Source: the human T2T-CHM13v2.0 reference genome, Homo sapiens
Strand: one strand, 5' to 3'
NCBI RefSeq assembly: GCF_009914755.1
Contig: NC_060926.1
DNA: 64,000 bases
Shown: one piece after another, positions 52,752 to 64,000 of the stretch
Numbering within the stretch: position 1 is the stretch's first letter
Layout of the letters: each line of letters begins with the position of its first letter
Made by a program: the position numbers and the translations under genes
Notes under the pieces: generated by a model
Seen by the model: the letters and a program-made list of their open reading frames with translations, nothing else
What the model was told of the DNA's origin: nothing
Database searches by the model: none

Positions 52752-54384
52752 TAGTCCATCCTTATTCCAACCCTCTCATCTTCTATCCTTGATCCTTTTT
52801 CTTGCATATCCGTTCCTAGCTCTCCACCAAACCTTTCATGCAGCTCTAGCTCGCATGTTGGCTCCTCTTGACACCAGCTCTGGCTCTACCACCCAACAAC
52901 ACTGCTCCAGCCCCCACAGATCTACATACCCAGGTTCACGTACCCTCAAAACATTCACAGTGGGGCTCCCTTTGAGACACTTGTACAGGGGACACCTAGA
53001 TGACCACCACAGCTTAGCACGGTGATTCACATGAAGTCATTTAGTATTGGTTGGATACAACTGTGGCCAAAAATGAGAGCCCTTAATAATTAGAGCAAGA
53101 TGTTCTGCTGGAGTATGAATGCCTAGCTCATAATTTCTACTCACTAATAAAAATCTTGACAAATATCTCATATTGAATAGAGCACTGTGTTGTTATGATT
53201 TGGAAATGTCAATCTCCATTGAATGCATTTTACACCAGGAAGATCCCTGGAGTCTTATTCTTTGTAGCAGGATGAGCGTAATGAAGCCAGCCAGACTATG
53301 TCAGGAACAGGACATCCTAATGCATCATGAAGAGTGGATGGCCTCGCTGTAGCCTCTACTTCCCCTTCAGCATTGCTCTCTAGAGGGGCTGCATTGGTAG
53401 TAGCATCCTGCAGAAAAGTCAGCTCATCTAGCTGCACACGAACCAACCCGATACTCTTGCACATTAACTCAAGCCTGTAATTCCACGTTGAATTTCTCAT
53501 GGCATTAGGAAAGCACTCAGGCATCTCTCCACGGAATTACAACCCTATTATGTACAATTGAGTATACATTACTCCTTATTTTCATGTCAATAGCTTGGAT
53601 AAGGCTATTACTAAAGCACTGGAGTATATAAGAGTTACATACTTAGGGGCAGAAAAAGCTGAACTGGGAAATTAAGATGCAAAATATGAGTGAGTAAAAG
53701 CTATATTTTTGTGACACATTTATATCTCAACTGGAGTAATTAGACAAATATGAAATGAGACAAATTGTCATTTTATTTATTTCCATTTTTACTATCATCT
53801 AGTCAGCTTTTAATCTGTATTCACCTGCACAAAGTATGCATTTCAGTGGTCTTATCTCTGGGAAAGGCAGGCAAACTGATGCTGCCTCCTACAATATCTA
53901 GTTTCCTTTCAAGAAAGCAGAGGGGTTATTGTTTGCCAATTAAAAATAAAAGAACAAGCCTTAGGGGCCAGACTGGGAATAAAGTGGAGTTTTTCCCCAA
54001 AATTTTAACACTTTTTTAAAAGTGACAATAATAATAACTGCCAGTTACTGAACTATTTGGGATAATATTTCAGAAAATGAAATATGGAGCAAGGCTGGCA
54101 GTTAAAATAGAGTCAATAAGGTTCAAATCCCGCTCTGTCATTAATTATATCTCTCTTAGACTCACTTCTTCATCTGTCAAATGGGGTTTGACATGGGGTT
54201 TTTAAAGAATTAAATGAGACGATCTATATGAAAAACTTAACCCACTATATGGCACATAAGCACTTAAAGCTTGTTATTTTCAATTATTACCGAATTATTA
54301 ATTTAGGCAAATCATAGTCTTTTTGAACCTCTATTTTCTTACCCACAAAATGGGAATAATAATACCTATGCCACAGTATTATTA

Positions 54385-54728
<344 letters not shown>

Positions 54729-54756
54729 GAGACCCTGTCAAAAAAGAAAGAAAGAA

Positions 54757-55212
<456 letters not shown>

Positions 55213-58200
55213 TCACCAAACAAGAGAGTGTGCATCCTGAAGAGTGCTCCAGATGCCTTCTCCAGCTATGATGACAGCACCTGAGGGTGGAAGGGAGGCC
55301 CTAGAAAGGGACCAGAGAGAACCGGGATGCCAAAATCATGGGACAGAGGGTGTGTCTGCAGCACAGCTTGGCAGGAGCAAAGAGATACAGTCAGAGAGGA
55401 CTTGACCCACACTGGCCCACAGGTGGCAGCCTAGGGAGACCCGCTGCCCATGGAGAGGGAGCCGTCAGATGATCAAGTTTAAGTTGATGGCTGAAGGAAG
55501 GCAATTACTGGAAGCAAAGTGAGCCAGTCAGCTATCCTGGAGATTCTGCAAATAAAGTGCAGGGTGAGATGAGGACAACTGCCTCTGCGATTTGTCACAG
55601 CTGCCCTGGAAGCTCCTTCTGCTACATCATCCCAGTGCTTCTCATTTGGTGGCATTGGTGACACTTTAGTCCATAACCACCATTGTCCATGGAGTCATTG
55701 ATCCATAGGTTATCCACAGAGCTATGTCCTCCTTGCTGGATAAATGCACAAACTGAAGAAACACATTGAGTCACTGCTAAGGGAATGCCTCAGCTGAGGT
55801 CACCAACACAGCATGGTGTGGTGAGAAGGACCAGCCGGCAGTGCCAGGCCAAGCATGTAGGCCAGGAGTGTTGCATGAGGTCAGGAGCCAGGGCAGTGGT
55901 GTGGATGGTCCTGCTATGGTTTCCAGAATAAAATGAGATTTTGTTCTTTGATTTTCCACAGTCTGAAATCAATTCTTCAGAACTTTTAGGGCCGAGGCCA
56001 AAATGAAAGATGAGATAAAATTACCATAGGCTTCAATTCTGAGTCACAGCTTCACCACCAAACTGGAAAACTGGTGGCTACGAGCATCACTGGAGATATC
56101 TCTGAAAGCCAAGAGCACACTTCCAGCTCTGCTGGTCAGTTGCTGCCTACCAAGGGCTGCACTGGGCTCATTAACATCCTGCTCAGAAATGCCACTTGGC
56201 TGCAAAGGGAGAAATTGCATCCTCAGAAAATACCTTATGAAAGAGAAGGTTTCTGCTTCTCTCCATTTCTCTGCTAACAGAGACAGTCTTGAAAGGCTAC
56301 AGGGAGGAGGAAGGAGGAAAGACGGAAACACAGACAGGAAGAGAGACCGTGTTGTATTGACACACGTTTCCAGCAAAATTACCTGGTAATTTACCCTGGC
56401 AGTTAAAGAAAAGCATCTGTTTACTGTTGCCACATCAAAATTTCCCCATAAGATTTGTCCGAATAATTGTGGGAGATGAAAACAAGGATATACAGTGGAG
56501 GCCTCCATCAGCCGTCAGTGCTGTGCCATGTCTCACCCACTTTTACATCCTGTAATTAAATCAGCGAGCCATTCAGACTGTCTCTGTTTCTAAATTACAC
56601 GAAATGAGGATCCTTCCAATCACGCCTCACATTCAATTTGTGCTGTCACTCTCTGACTTGAGGAATGGTGAAAGAAAAAATAAAGTCCATCTGGGAATTT
56701 TATTTAACCAGGGAATGCCAACCAATACAAGAGATACGGAGCTATAAACAAGTGTTTTAAATAGGGTCTCCCTAGTCTCAAGTCTTGCATAGATGAATGC
56801 AGGAAGAAAAGATTGAGGATCTGCACTTTGGAGCACATATTTTTAAAGAATGGACTCCTATTTCATTTTCCACATGGCAAGTATGTTATCCTCAGTAACA
56901 GACTAAGGTCTTTGCATGAATTATTAAAAATCCAGGGCAGAAAACTCTAGATAACTGCTTCAATTTGTCGATAGAGATGCAACTTGTGACCAGACCAAGA
57001 AGATTAGAGACAAAAATCAAGCAAAAAGAGATTCTATAGCACAGCTCTTAAAAACAACAGGCCCGTTGGCTACTTCAAACACTAACTCTCCCACCTATTA
57101 ATTGCATCACCTTAAGCAAGCTTCTAAACTCTGCTCTGTGACGCAATTCCCTAGCCTGTGAAGTAGCACTGGTGTGGTCACTTATAAACCCTCCCTCCTG
57201 AGAGCATGACAAACTCCAGTATATACAGTAAGCACACAAGGCAAGGACTCTATAAATATTCTCTATTGTTAAAGCTCAATTACTTGTGAGGTAAGTAGGA
57301 GAGTTGTGTAGGATTGTGAAAGGGCTTTGATTTTTGGTGCAGACAGTCCAGAGTTTAAAAGTTGTTTCTCCCACTATCTGATCAGAGGCTCCGGAAAAAT
57401 TAAAGCTTCTATACTTTAGTTTTCTAAATTAGTAAAAAGGTAAAATGCTGAGGATGAAGTCAACCTCCAAGGAGCAGTTTTAGTCGTTAAACAGACTGGT
57501 CAAAAGTTAAAGGATTAGTGCCTATTAGTGCCTTTCTCCTTTTCTCCTTCATCAAATAGTAAACTGGGAAGAGCTAAAGCAGAGATCCATAGATCTCAGA
57601 AGACGTGAGTGCATGCAGGAACGGTCTGCTTCTCATTCTTCATGTCAAATGAGAGACCAAGAACAGAGGAGGAGCTCATGCAGGCCCAGGCATGTTGCCC
57701 GGCACTACGCAGATATAATAACTCACCTTATTACAGGAGCCCTACAACACAACCCTCGTGAGATCACACAGAAGGTCTAAGTCATTTTGTTTGTCTCCTG
57801 CATGGTTCTGATGCCACAAATTATTAGGCAGTTCAACTGTAGATTTGCCAGCACTCCCCAGTCACACTCGTTGATGTGCCATGAACCTGCATGGAGAAGA
57901 GACATTCCTGAACTGTGATACAGAAGAACACAGGGCTGATTTGCAAGATCTTTTCTATCCACCGTATGCTTTCTTCGAGTCATATTTCTGTGGATTTGAA
58001 CAAAGAGCTATGCACTGCCCTTGAACCCTTGATGGTGATCATCATCCGTGTCTTATTTATGTCTCTATTTCCAGGAAGAAACCCAGGGCCTGGCACATCA
58101 CGGGTTTGCAATAGCTGCATGTCTGCCTGTCATTTTCCCTGAGCCTCCTCGGTTCTATATATATTTTTGCTGATTTTGTGCATATGTTGGAAAAACCCTA

Positions 58201-58954
58201 GAGAAGCAACAGAAAAGCACTGTTCAGCTTCTCGCTGATGTTCTGACCACGTGATCATGATCCTACACTGGGCCATGTGACTGAACTGGTTCTTTTACCT
58301 CAGCAAGTCTAATGGCAGCTGTTTGTTAAGTGCCTCCTCTCTGTCTAACGCACTTTACATGGGTTGCTCCATTTAACTGTCGCAGCCTTCTGAAGGAAGC
58401 GGTGATATAATCATCCCCATTTTACACATGAGCAAACCGTGGCTTGGGGCAGTGCATTTGCCCAAACTCACACAGTTAGCAAGTACCTGAGGCACCTGGA
58501 CGAAGGAGCTGCCTTGTTTCCACTTTATTGCACAGGTTCCGTCATCTTATTTAATCTTCACAACAGCCCTATCAAGTCGCTGTTATTATCCTAGTCATAG
58601 ATGGGGCAGTGAGGGAGGCTTATACACGATAGGCTGGAATTGGTACCCAGATCTTTTCACCTGAAAGCTTAGAATCTTCCATGCACCCCTTGTGGGCTGC
58701 TGTGATGAACTCCTGGCCAGGACACACGTGCCTCATGGCCTGAGAAGAGCTCACCACAGCCATCTCCACAAAATAGAATGAGAGAAGTTCAGCGCTGGAG
58801 GGAGCATAGGCGATCATACATTCAATCCCTTTGCATTAAAGATAAGGAAACAAATTTTTAAAAATGCCCAGTCTCCTGAAACCCACTTTCCATAAGGAGA
58901 AGAAAATAGAACTATATGAAGAAAGGCCAAAGATGGAACTTGTTGGTCTAAAAT

Positions 58955-59155
58955 AGCAGTCAGAAAAGCCCAAAGCCTATCTTTGCTATGGCCCAAGTTA
59001 AAAATGGTTTTTATATTTGTAAAGGAATTAAAAACAAGCAATCAAAAAAGACGAAGAAGAAGAATAATCTATGATGGAGACCTGATGTGGCCCACAGAGT
59101 CGAAAATCTTCACTCTCTGGCCTTTCACGGAGAAAGGATGCCGACTCCCGATCTG
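58955..59155 (+). mobile_element. MER58-like hAT element
   Basis: aatggtttttatattt...gagacctgatgtggcccacagagtcgaaaatcttcactctctggcctttcacggagaaagga. Confidence 0.6.
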
Positions 59156-59159
59156 AGCT

Positions 59160-59392
59160 ATGGCTGCGTGTTAGAATGTCCTGGGGAATGTTTTCCAACA
59201 AGCCCATCCCCTTTTTAAAAAAATTAATAAAAAAATAAAAACAAAAGCAGAACAAACAAAATATATGCCTGTGCCCAAGTCCAGCTGGAACCAAGCAAAT
59301 CAGCATCGCTAGAGATGGCAGCCCAGGTGGTGATGCCACTAAAAGTTCCCGGGTGACAGTAATGCACATCCAGGATGGAGAACAGTGGTCTA
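59160..59392 (+). mobile_element. MER5A-like hAT element
   Basis: ttagaatgtcctggggaa...aaaagttcccgggtgacagtaatgcacatccagg...gagaacagtgg. Confidence 0.55.
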
Positions 59393-62300
59393 AGAAGAAA
59401 GACAAATGCCTCTTTAGGAAAAAGCTGCTGTTTTATTTAAGAAAAAGACCTCAGTGGGCCTGTGTGGCTGTGAATGTCAAGGTCCACTGGTTCAAAATGA
59501 GAAACGTTTAGAAAAAAAAAATGAACTCTTCTGATCGTAAACAACAGAAACTGTTGCCTGCTCTTGGTGGAGATATTAGACAAAGGAGAAAACACAGAGT
59601 GAGAGAAGAGAGGTTTTGAGAGAGAGAGTCGGCCAGGATGTGATGGGGTCAGGCAGGCTCAGGAGAGAGCAGCTCAGGCAGGATGGCCTGTGGTGGATTG
59701 GACTGGATTTCTAGTGGTCATTCATAAGTTGTTGCCTGTTCTCTGATGGGGCCACTGTATGGCTCCCAAATGTCAGCAAAGTCTGTTTCTCCAAAGCCTG
59801 CGTTGGTGGAGTTTAAAGAATGAGGGGAGCGAGGAGTAAAATGCTGGCTGTGGGCAGGGAACCAATGACGTGGGTGGGCAAGAATCCAGTGGCCTGAGCA
59901 CCGGCCATGAGAATAAGGGCCTCCTCGGACAGAAGGGGATGCTCCCCTTAGGAAGTGGCTTCACGCTTCGGTCACTGCATGTAGATCTTAAAGAAAGGAA
60001 ATCTCCAGAAGATCGGGGAATGTGGGAGTGGCAGACTCTGGGTTCATGCACAGTAAGCAAACAACTTACCTTTTTCCTGCAGCTCCCTGTTCCACTTTCC
60101 CAACACGTTTCAGCTTCTAGAATCCCTGTCTTTGCTCATATCATTCCCCTGCCCAGGATAGCACCCTTCTCTCAAATGATCAAAAAGACCACTTTGCTTT
60201 AAAACCAGCTCAGGCTTCATCCTATGTGCAAGAGCCTTTCTAAGGCCATCTCTGTATTTTCTCAGAAACAAAGGATATATCACTGTTTTTAAGATGTGTT
60301 ATGTTTATACTTTTATTGGTCTTAACTTACCTATCAATGACACAGGGGCCTTCTCTTATGCCTGGGTTCAAAAAGAGATGCTGAGACAACAAAGGAAGAT
60401 GCTCGCACCCTCAGCATCCTCACCTGCCCCCTCCTGCAGGCAGGATTCTGCCTGATGGAATCCCAGGTTTGTGAGCCAACACACAATGTTTATGATCAAA
60501 TCACCAAGAAAGAGGCAGAAGGAGAGAATGAAAGCGCAACCCAATGAGAGCAGCAAGTGCAGAAGGAAGAGAAAGTGTCCAGCCTCATCTGTCTGGGGAA
60601 GCTAGGTGTGCATGCAGGGTCAGTGCAAGCATATTTGTTAGTCCCCTGCCACTGAGATGGAGGCCAACAGTTTCTACTTCTCAGAGATTGGCTCCAAATT
60701 TCCTATGCAAGATGGCCTTGGAAGAGGCAAACTGGTTGGAAGAGGGGGTTTGACATTATCACGGGGCTCTCTGCAGATGAGAAAATGTCTACAATTTATA
60801 TCAGAGAAAAATAGAAACAGGTGAAGACTGCTGTGGCTCTCTGAGCCTTTCAAGCAAGGTGATGAGCAGCTGACTTCGTGTAGGGGTGAAGGCCAAAGAC
60901 TGAGCTAAACAAGTACATGCAAATGTGTTATCAAAACAGGGTGCAGGAGAGACTCTCTTAAGCAGAGGGGCAGAACTGATAGGGTCCGAAAATCTCATCG
61001 CAGGGCAGGAACTGCAGATCAGAAGAGGGACAGGAATCCGACGGCAGCATTCTGAGCTGGTTTCTTACAGGCTTCTTCCATGTGTTTTTGTGGACAGCAT
61101 ATGCCCTTTTAAAGACACTAAGCACCAAGAAAGAAGAGCCACAAATACCCGACCTGGGATGGGGCCTTTCTGCACTTTAGCACCAAAATTTTCAAAAATG
61201 AGAAACCTGGGGAGAGCAGCTGACACTTGTCAAGGTCTTACACTGCCAGTCCCTCCAGAAGTGCTTTACCCATAATGTCCTTTAATTCTCACCACAGCCA
61301 AGTGCTGTGAGTCTTAGATGATCGACAAGACGTGAAAAGAAAGCAAAACAGAGGCCTGGCCTCGGTGGAGCCCAACATCAAAGGCCAGAGCAGAAAGAGT
61401 GGTCAAGGGTGCAGGTCAGAAACAGAGGTTGGGCCACAGCTGGCCAGACGTGGTGGGGAAGGCATAGCTTCCTCAGCCTGGAAGAGCACATTCACCCACA
61501 GAGTATCCTGAGGTTATCGAAATTCCACAGGAGGCCCAGCGTCCTCTCTCCAAAGACCAACCTCCACTGCTCTTATGATTCTGCACCTATACGTCCTATA
61601 GGTCCAGAATTTTGAATTAAATGTTTTGCAGCTTCATGAGAAGAGCAGTGGAAAGAATGTGTTTCCTGCTCCCTCTAGCCAGCTTCAGCCTAATCCCGAT
61701 TGTATTGCCATTCTCCCACGACGGTTCTCACGTCGTTGCGAGGTTGTATCAGCTGAGTGACATTCAAACTGTTTGACATGTCATACTAAGGGAAAAAACC
61801 ATGCCCATGATCCATTTTCCTGTCTGTTCTCACTCCCCAGGAAAAGCAAAATGAGGAGGGGAGGAAGGAGATTGATTAGGCTCACACAGCATCACCGTGG
61901 GAAAGAATCCGAGTGTGCGGCACATGCAGGCACATCGAGCTTTGCCAATCACGTTGCCATGCCGGGCCCTGCATTAGAACACTAATTAGAATCCTCAGTA
62001 AATATTAGCACTTGACTAGCTTTAGCTTACCGATGCCAAGACTAGTTTCCTAGTAAGGAGTCTTTAGACTTGTGTAATAATAGGACTCTAAGGAGGTGAC
62101 TTCTGTAAAAACAGGAGTCTATAGGTGGAGAGGGGCACACGAATTACCCAATTGCCTATTAGTCAGCTCCTCATAGTCTCTTAGTTCTCAATTCGATTCT
62201 TAGACTTTAATTTTTCTCCTACCAGCAACCAATTTTGTTCATAGGGGATGAGATGAATTCAGCAAGGCAAAACATTTGCAATCGCACACCTGTGTGTGTG

Positions 62301-63584
62301 TAAGATGTTAACAGAGAATGTACAATTGAACAACCAGCCATTGCTTTCTCCCAATCAAGGCTACTCTGATTTTTCTTGTCCTCTCTCACACAACCTTACT
62401 ACCAGTGTGCATGTGTGTACATGCACATGCACACACCCCCACACATAAACACACAACCACCAATCACAGTGAGCTTATTTTGTGTTTAGGTTTGGCTTAG
62501 ACCTCATTTGTTTTTCTAAGGTTGTAGTTTATATGCCAGCCATCTGCAGGCACAAGTCCTCACTGTTAAACTTCTGTTTTTCCCTTCCTGAATTCCTCAG
62601 GGAATGCTGGTCAAGCCTGGATCAAGGGTACATGTAGAAGATATGTCAACTGTTTCTGCCAGATAAAGAAATGGAAATGTTTTGTAAATGCCAGAGCTAA
62701 AGCATGGTCCCAAACAATGGATACCATCAACATGAATCAAAGAGTAATGATTAAATTATATTTTATTCTCAAAAAAGGCATGATAATGAGCTTTAAATAC
62801 TACAAACCAATGGGATGTATCTGAACAAATGCTAAATCGAAAGTTAATTGAGGATGTACAAAAATCATGCAAAATAACACACATCAAATTATTAAATGAT
62901 TGAGCAAATAGTCTTCATGAAACTTTAAAATAGCCATGTGGAGTGGTCAGGAGATGCAATGTGGCTTGGACTCTCGAAGGTAAGAAGGCTTTCCAATTGC
63001 CCTCCATTTGCCCTTCGTCATTTTACAAAGGTAGAGGTAGGCTCTGCTGATTGTGCTGAATAACGGGTAGGGAAAGGGGATGTACATTTCAGTAAAAACA
63101 CTTAGAGGATGGTGACCATGACCATCTAGTTAGATCCTTTCTCTCTTCCACAAATATGGATTAAGCAACTATAGTCCCTAAGGCACTACAGTAGCTGTGG
63201 AAACAGCTCCCTGGTAGAATAAGACTCCACCCAAGCCATGTCCCCATGGATAAGTGCTGTCTCATAGGCAGCAGAGGATGGACCTCTGTTGAAGGAAGCT
63301 GAGGATGGTATCCCCAAAGAGAAAGCATTTTTACCAGGCTAGGGGAATCATTTGTTAAAACTCTGAAACATGCCTTTTGTGAAAATCATAACCTTTTGGG
63401 GGAACAGAGAGAATTTTTTTAAAGCTACAAAGGAGCCAGAACGAAGGAAGAGGAGATGAGAAATGAGAAACAGATTACAGCAATGAGCACAGTGTGTGTG
63501 CACGTGCCTGTGCAGAGGTGTGGAGGTGTTGAATACATTACCTAAGAAGTTTGGGCTTCATTCTGGGTGCAATAGTGCATAAGA

Positions 63585-63740
63585 GATTAGGGGTCATAGC
63601 CTCTTTTGAGAAACTGATAAAACACTGATCTTTCTCCCAGGGGAAAAAATAGCATACAGACAACCCTGCAAAAATTCATAGACAAATTCACATTTTTCAC
63701 AGTGTCTCTGAAGCCCATGTATGGACCACATATTTATAAA
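63585..63740 (+). mobile_element. MER103-like hAT fragment
   Basis: ggggtcatagcctcttttgagaaactgataaaac...ctttctcccag...ctgaagcccatgtatggacc. Confidence 0.5.
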
Positions 63741-64000
63741 AATATGCAGTGCAGAGCATTAAGCAAAAAAGATTGCTAGCAGGAAATGGACACATCTTAA
63801 GATTAACACGATTTATTCATAACTGTGTGTGCAAAATTTCATTATTTATATACATTTACTAGAAAGCACTATAATATTTGGTATTATTATTCTACCCACT
63901 TAAAGTGAGATCTAAGGAATGATTCTATTCCCGATTACCTGAATTCAAGTTTAAAAAGTTTGATTCTCACCAAACCTTCTCTGCGACACGATTACAATTG

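Overview
Primate (almost certainly human) genomic DNA with no convincing protein-coding gene. A large share is interspersed repeats: Alu J/S/Y and a free Alu monomer, 5'-truncated L1PA 3' ends, L2/MIR relics, about a dozen solo LTRs (MaLR MLT1/MST/THE1, ERVL MLT2, ERV1 MER4/LTR8/MER39-like), and DNA transposons (MER2, MER20, MER30, MER1B, Tigger13a, a decayed hAT/Charlie transposase). There are three long cryptic (TG)n/(CA)n tracts, a 59-bp minisatellite and an (AGAT)12 STR. A clean 93-nt minus-strand exon at 208-300 encodes a peptide I recall from the putative ORF of LINC00114 (C21orf24). That would place the window at 21q22.2 between ERG and ETS2, with the lncRNA's 5' end probably near 31.5-32.3 kb; this is recalled, not verified. 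Repeat subfamily names also come from recalled consensus sequences. I found no evidence of a new multi-gene system. The most unusual signals are local rearrangement scars: a ~78-bp locally templated insertion inside an MLT2 LTR, a near-perfect 48-bp-arm hairpin, a ~265-bp dispersed direct duplication bracketing a CpG/CTCF/ETS-motif-rich segment, and an LTR8-family LTR with tandem AP-1 sites.
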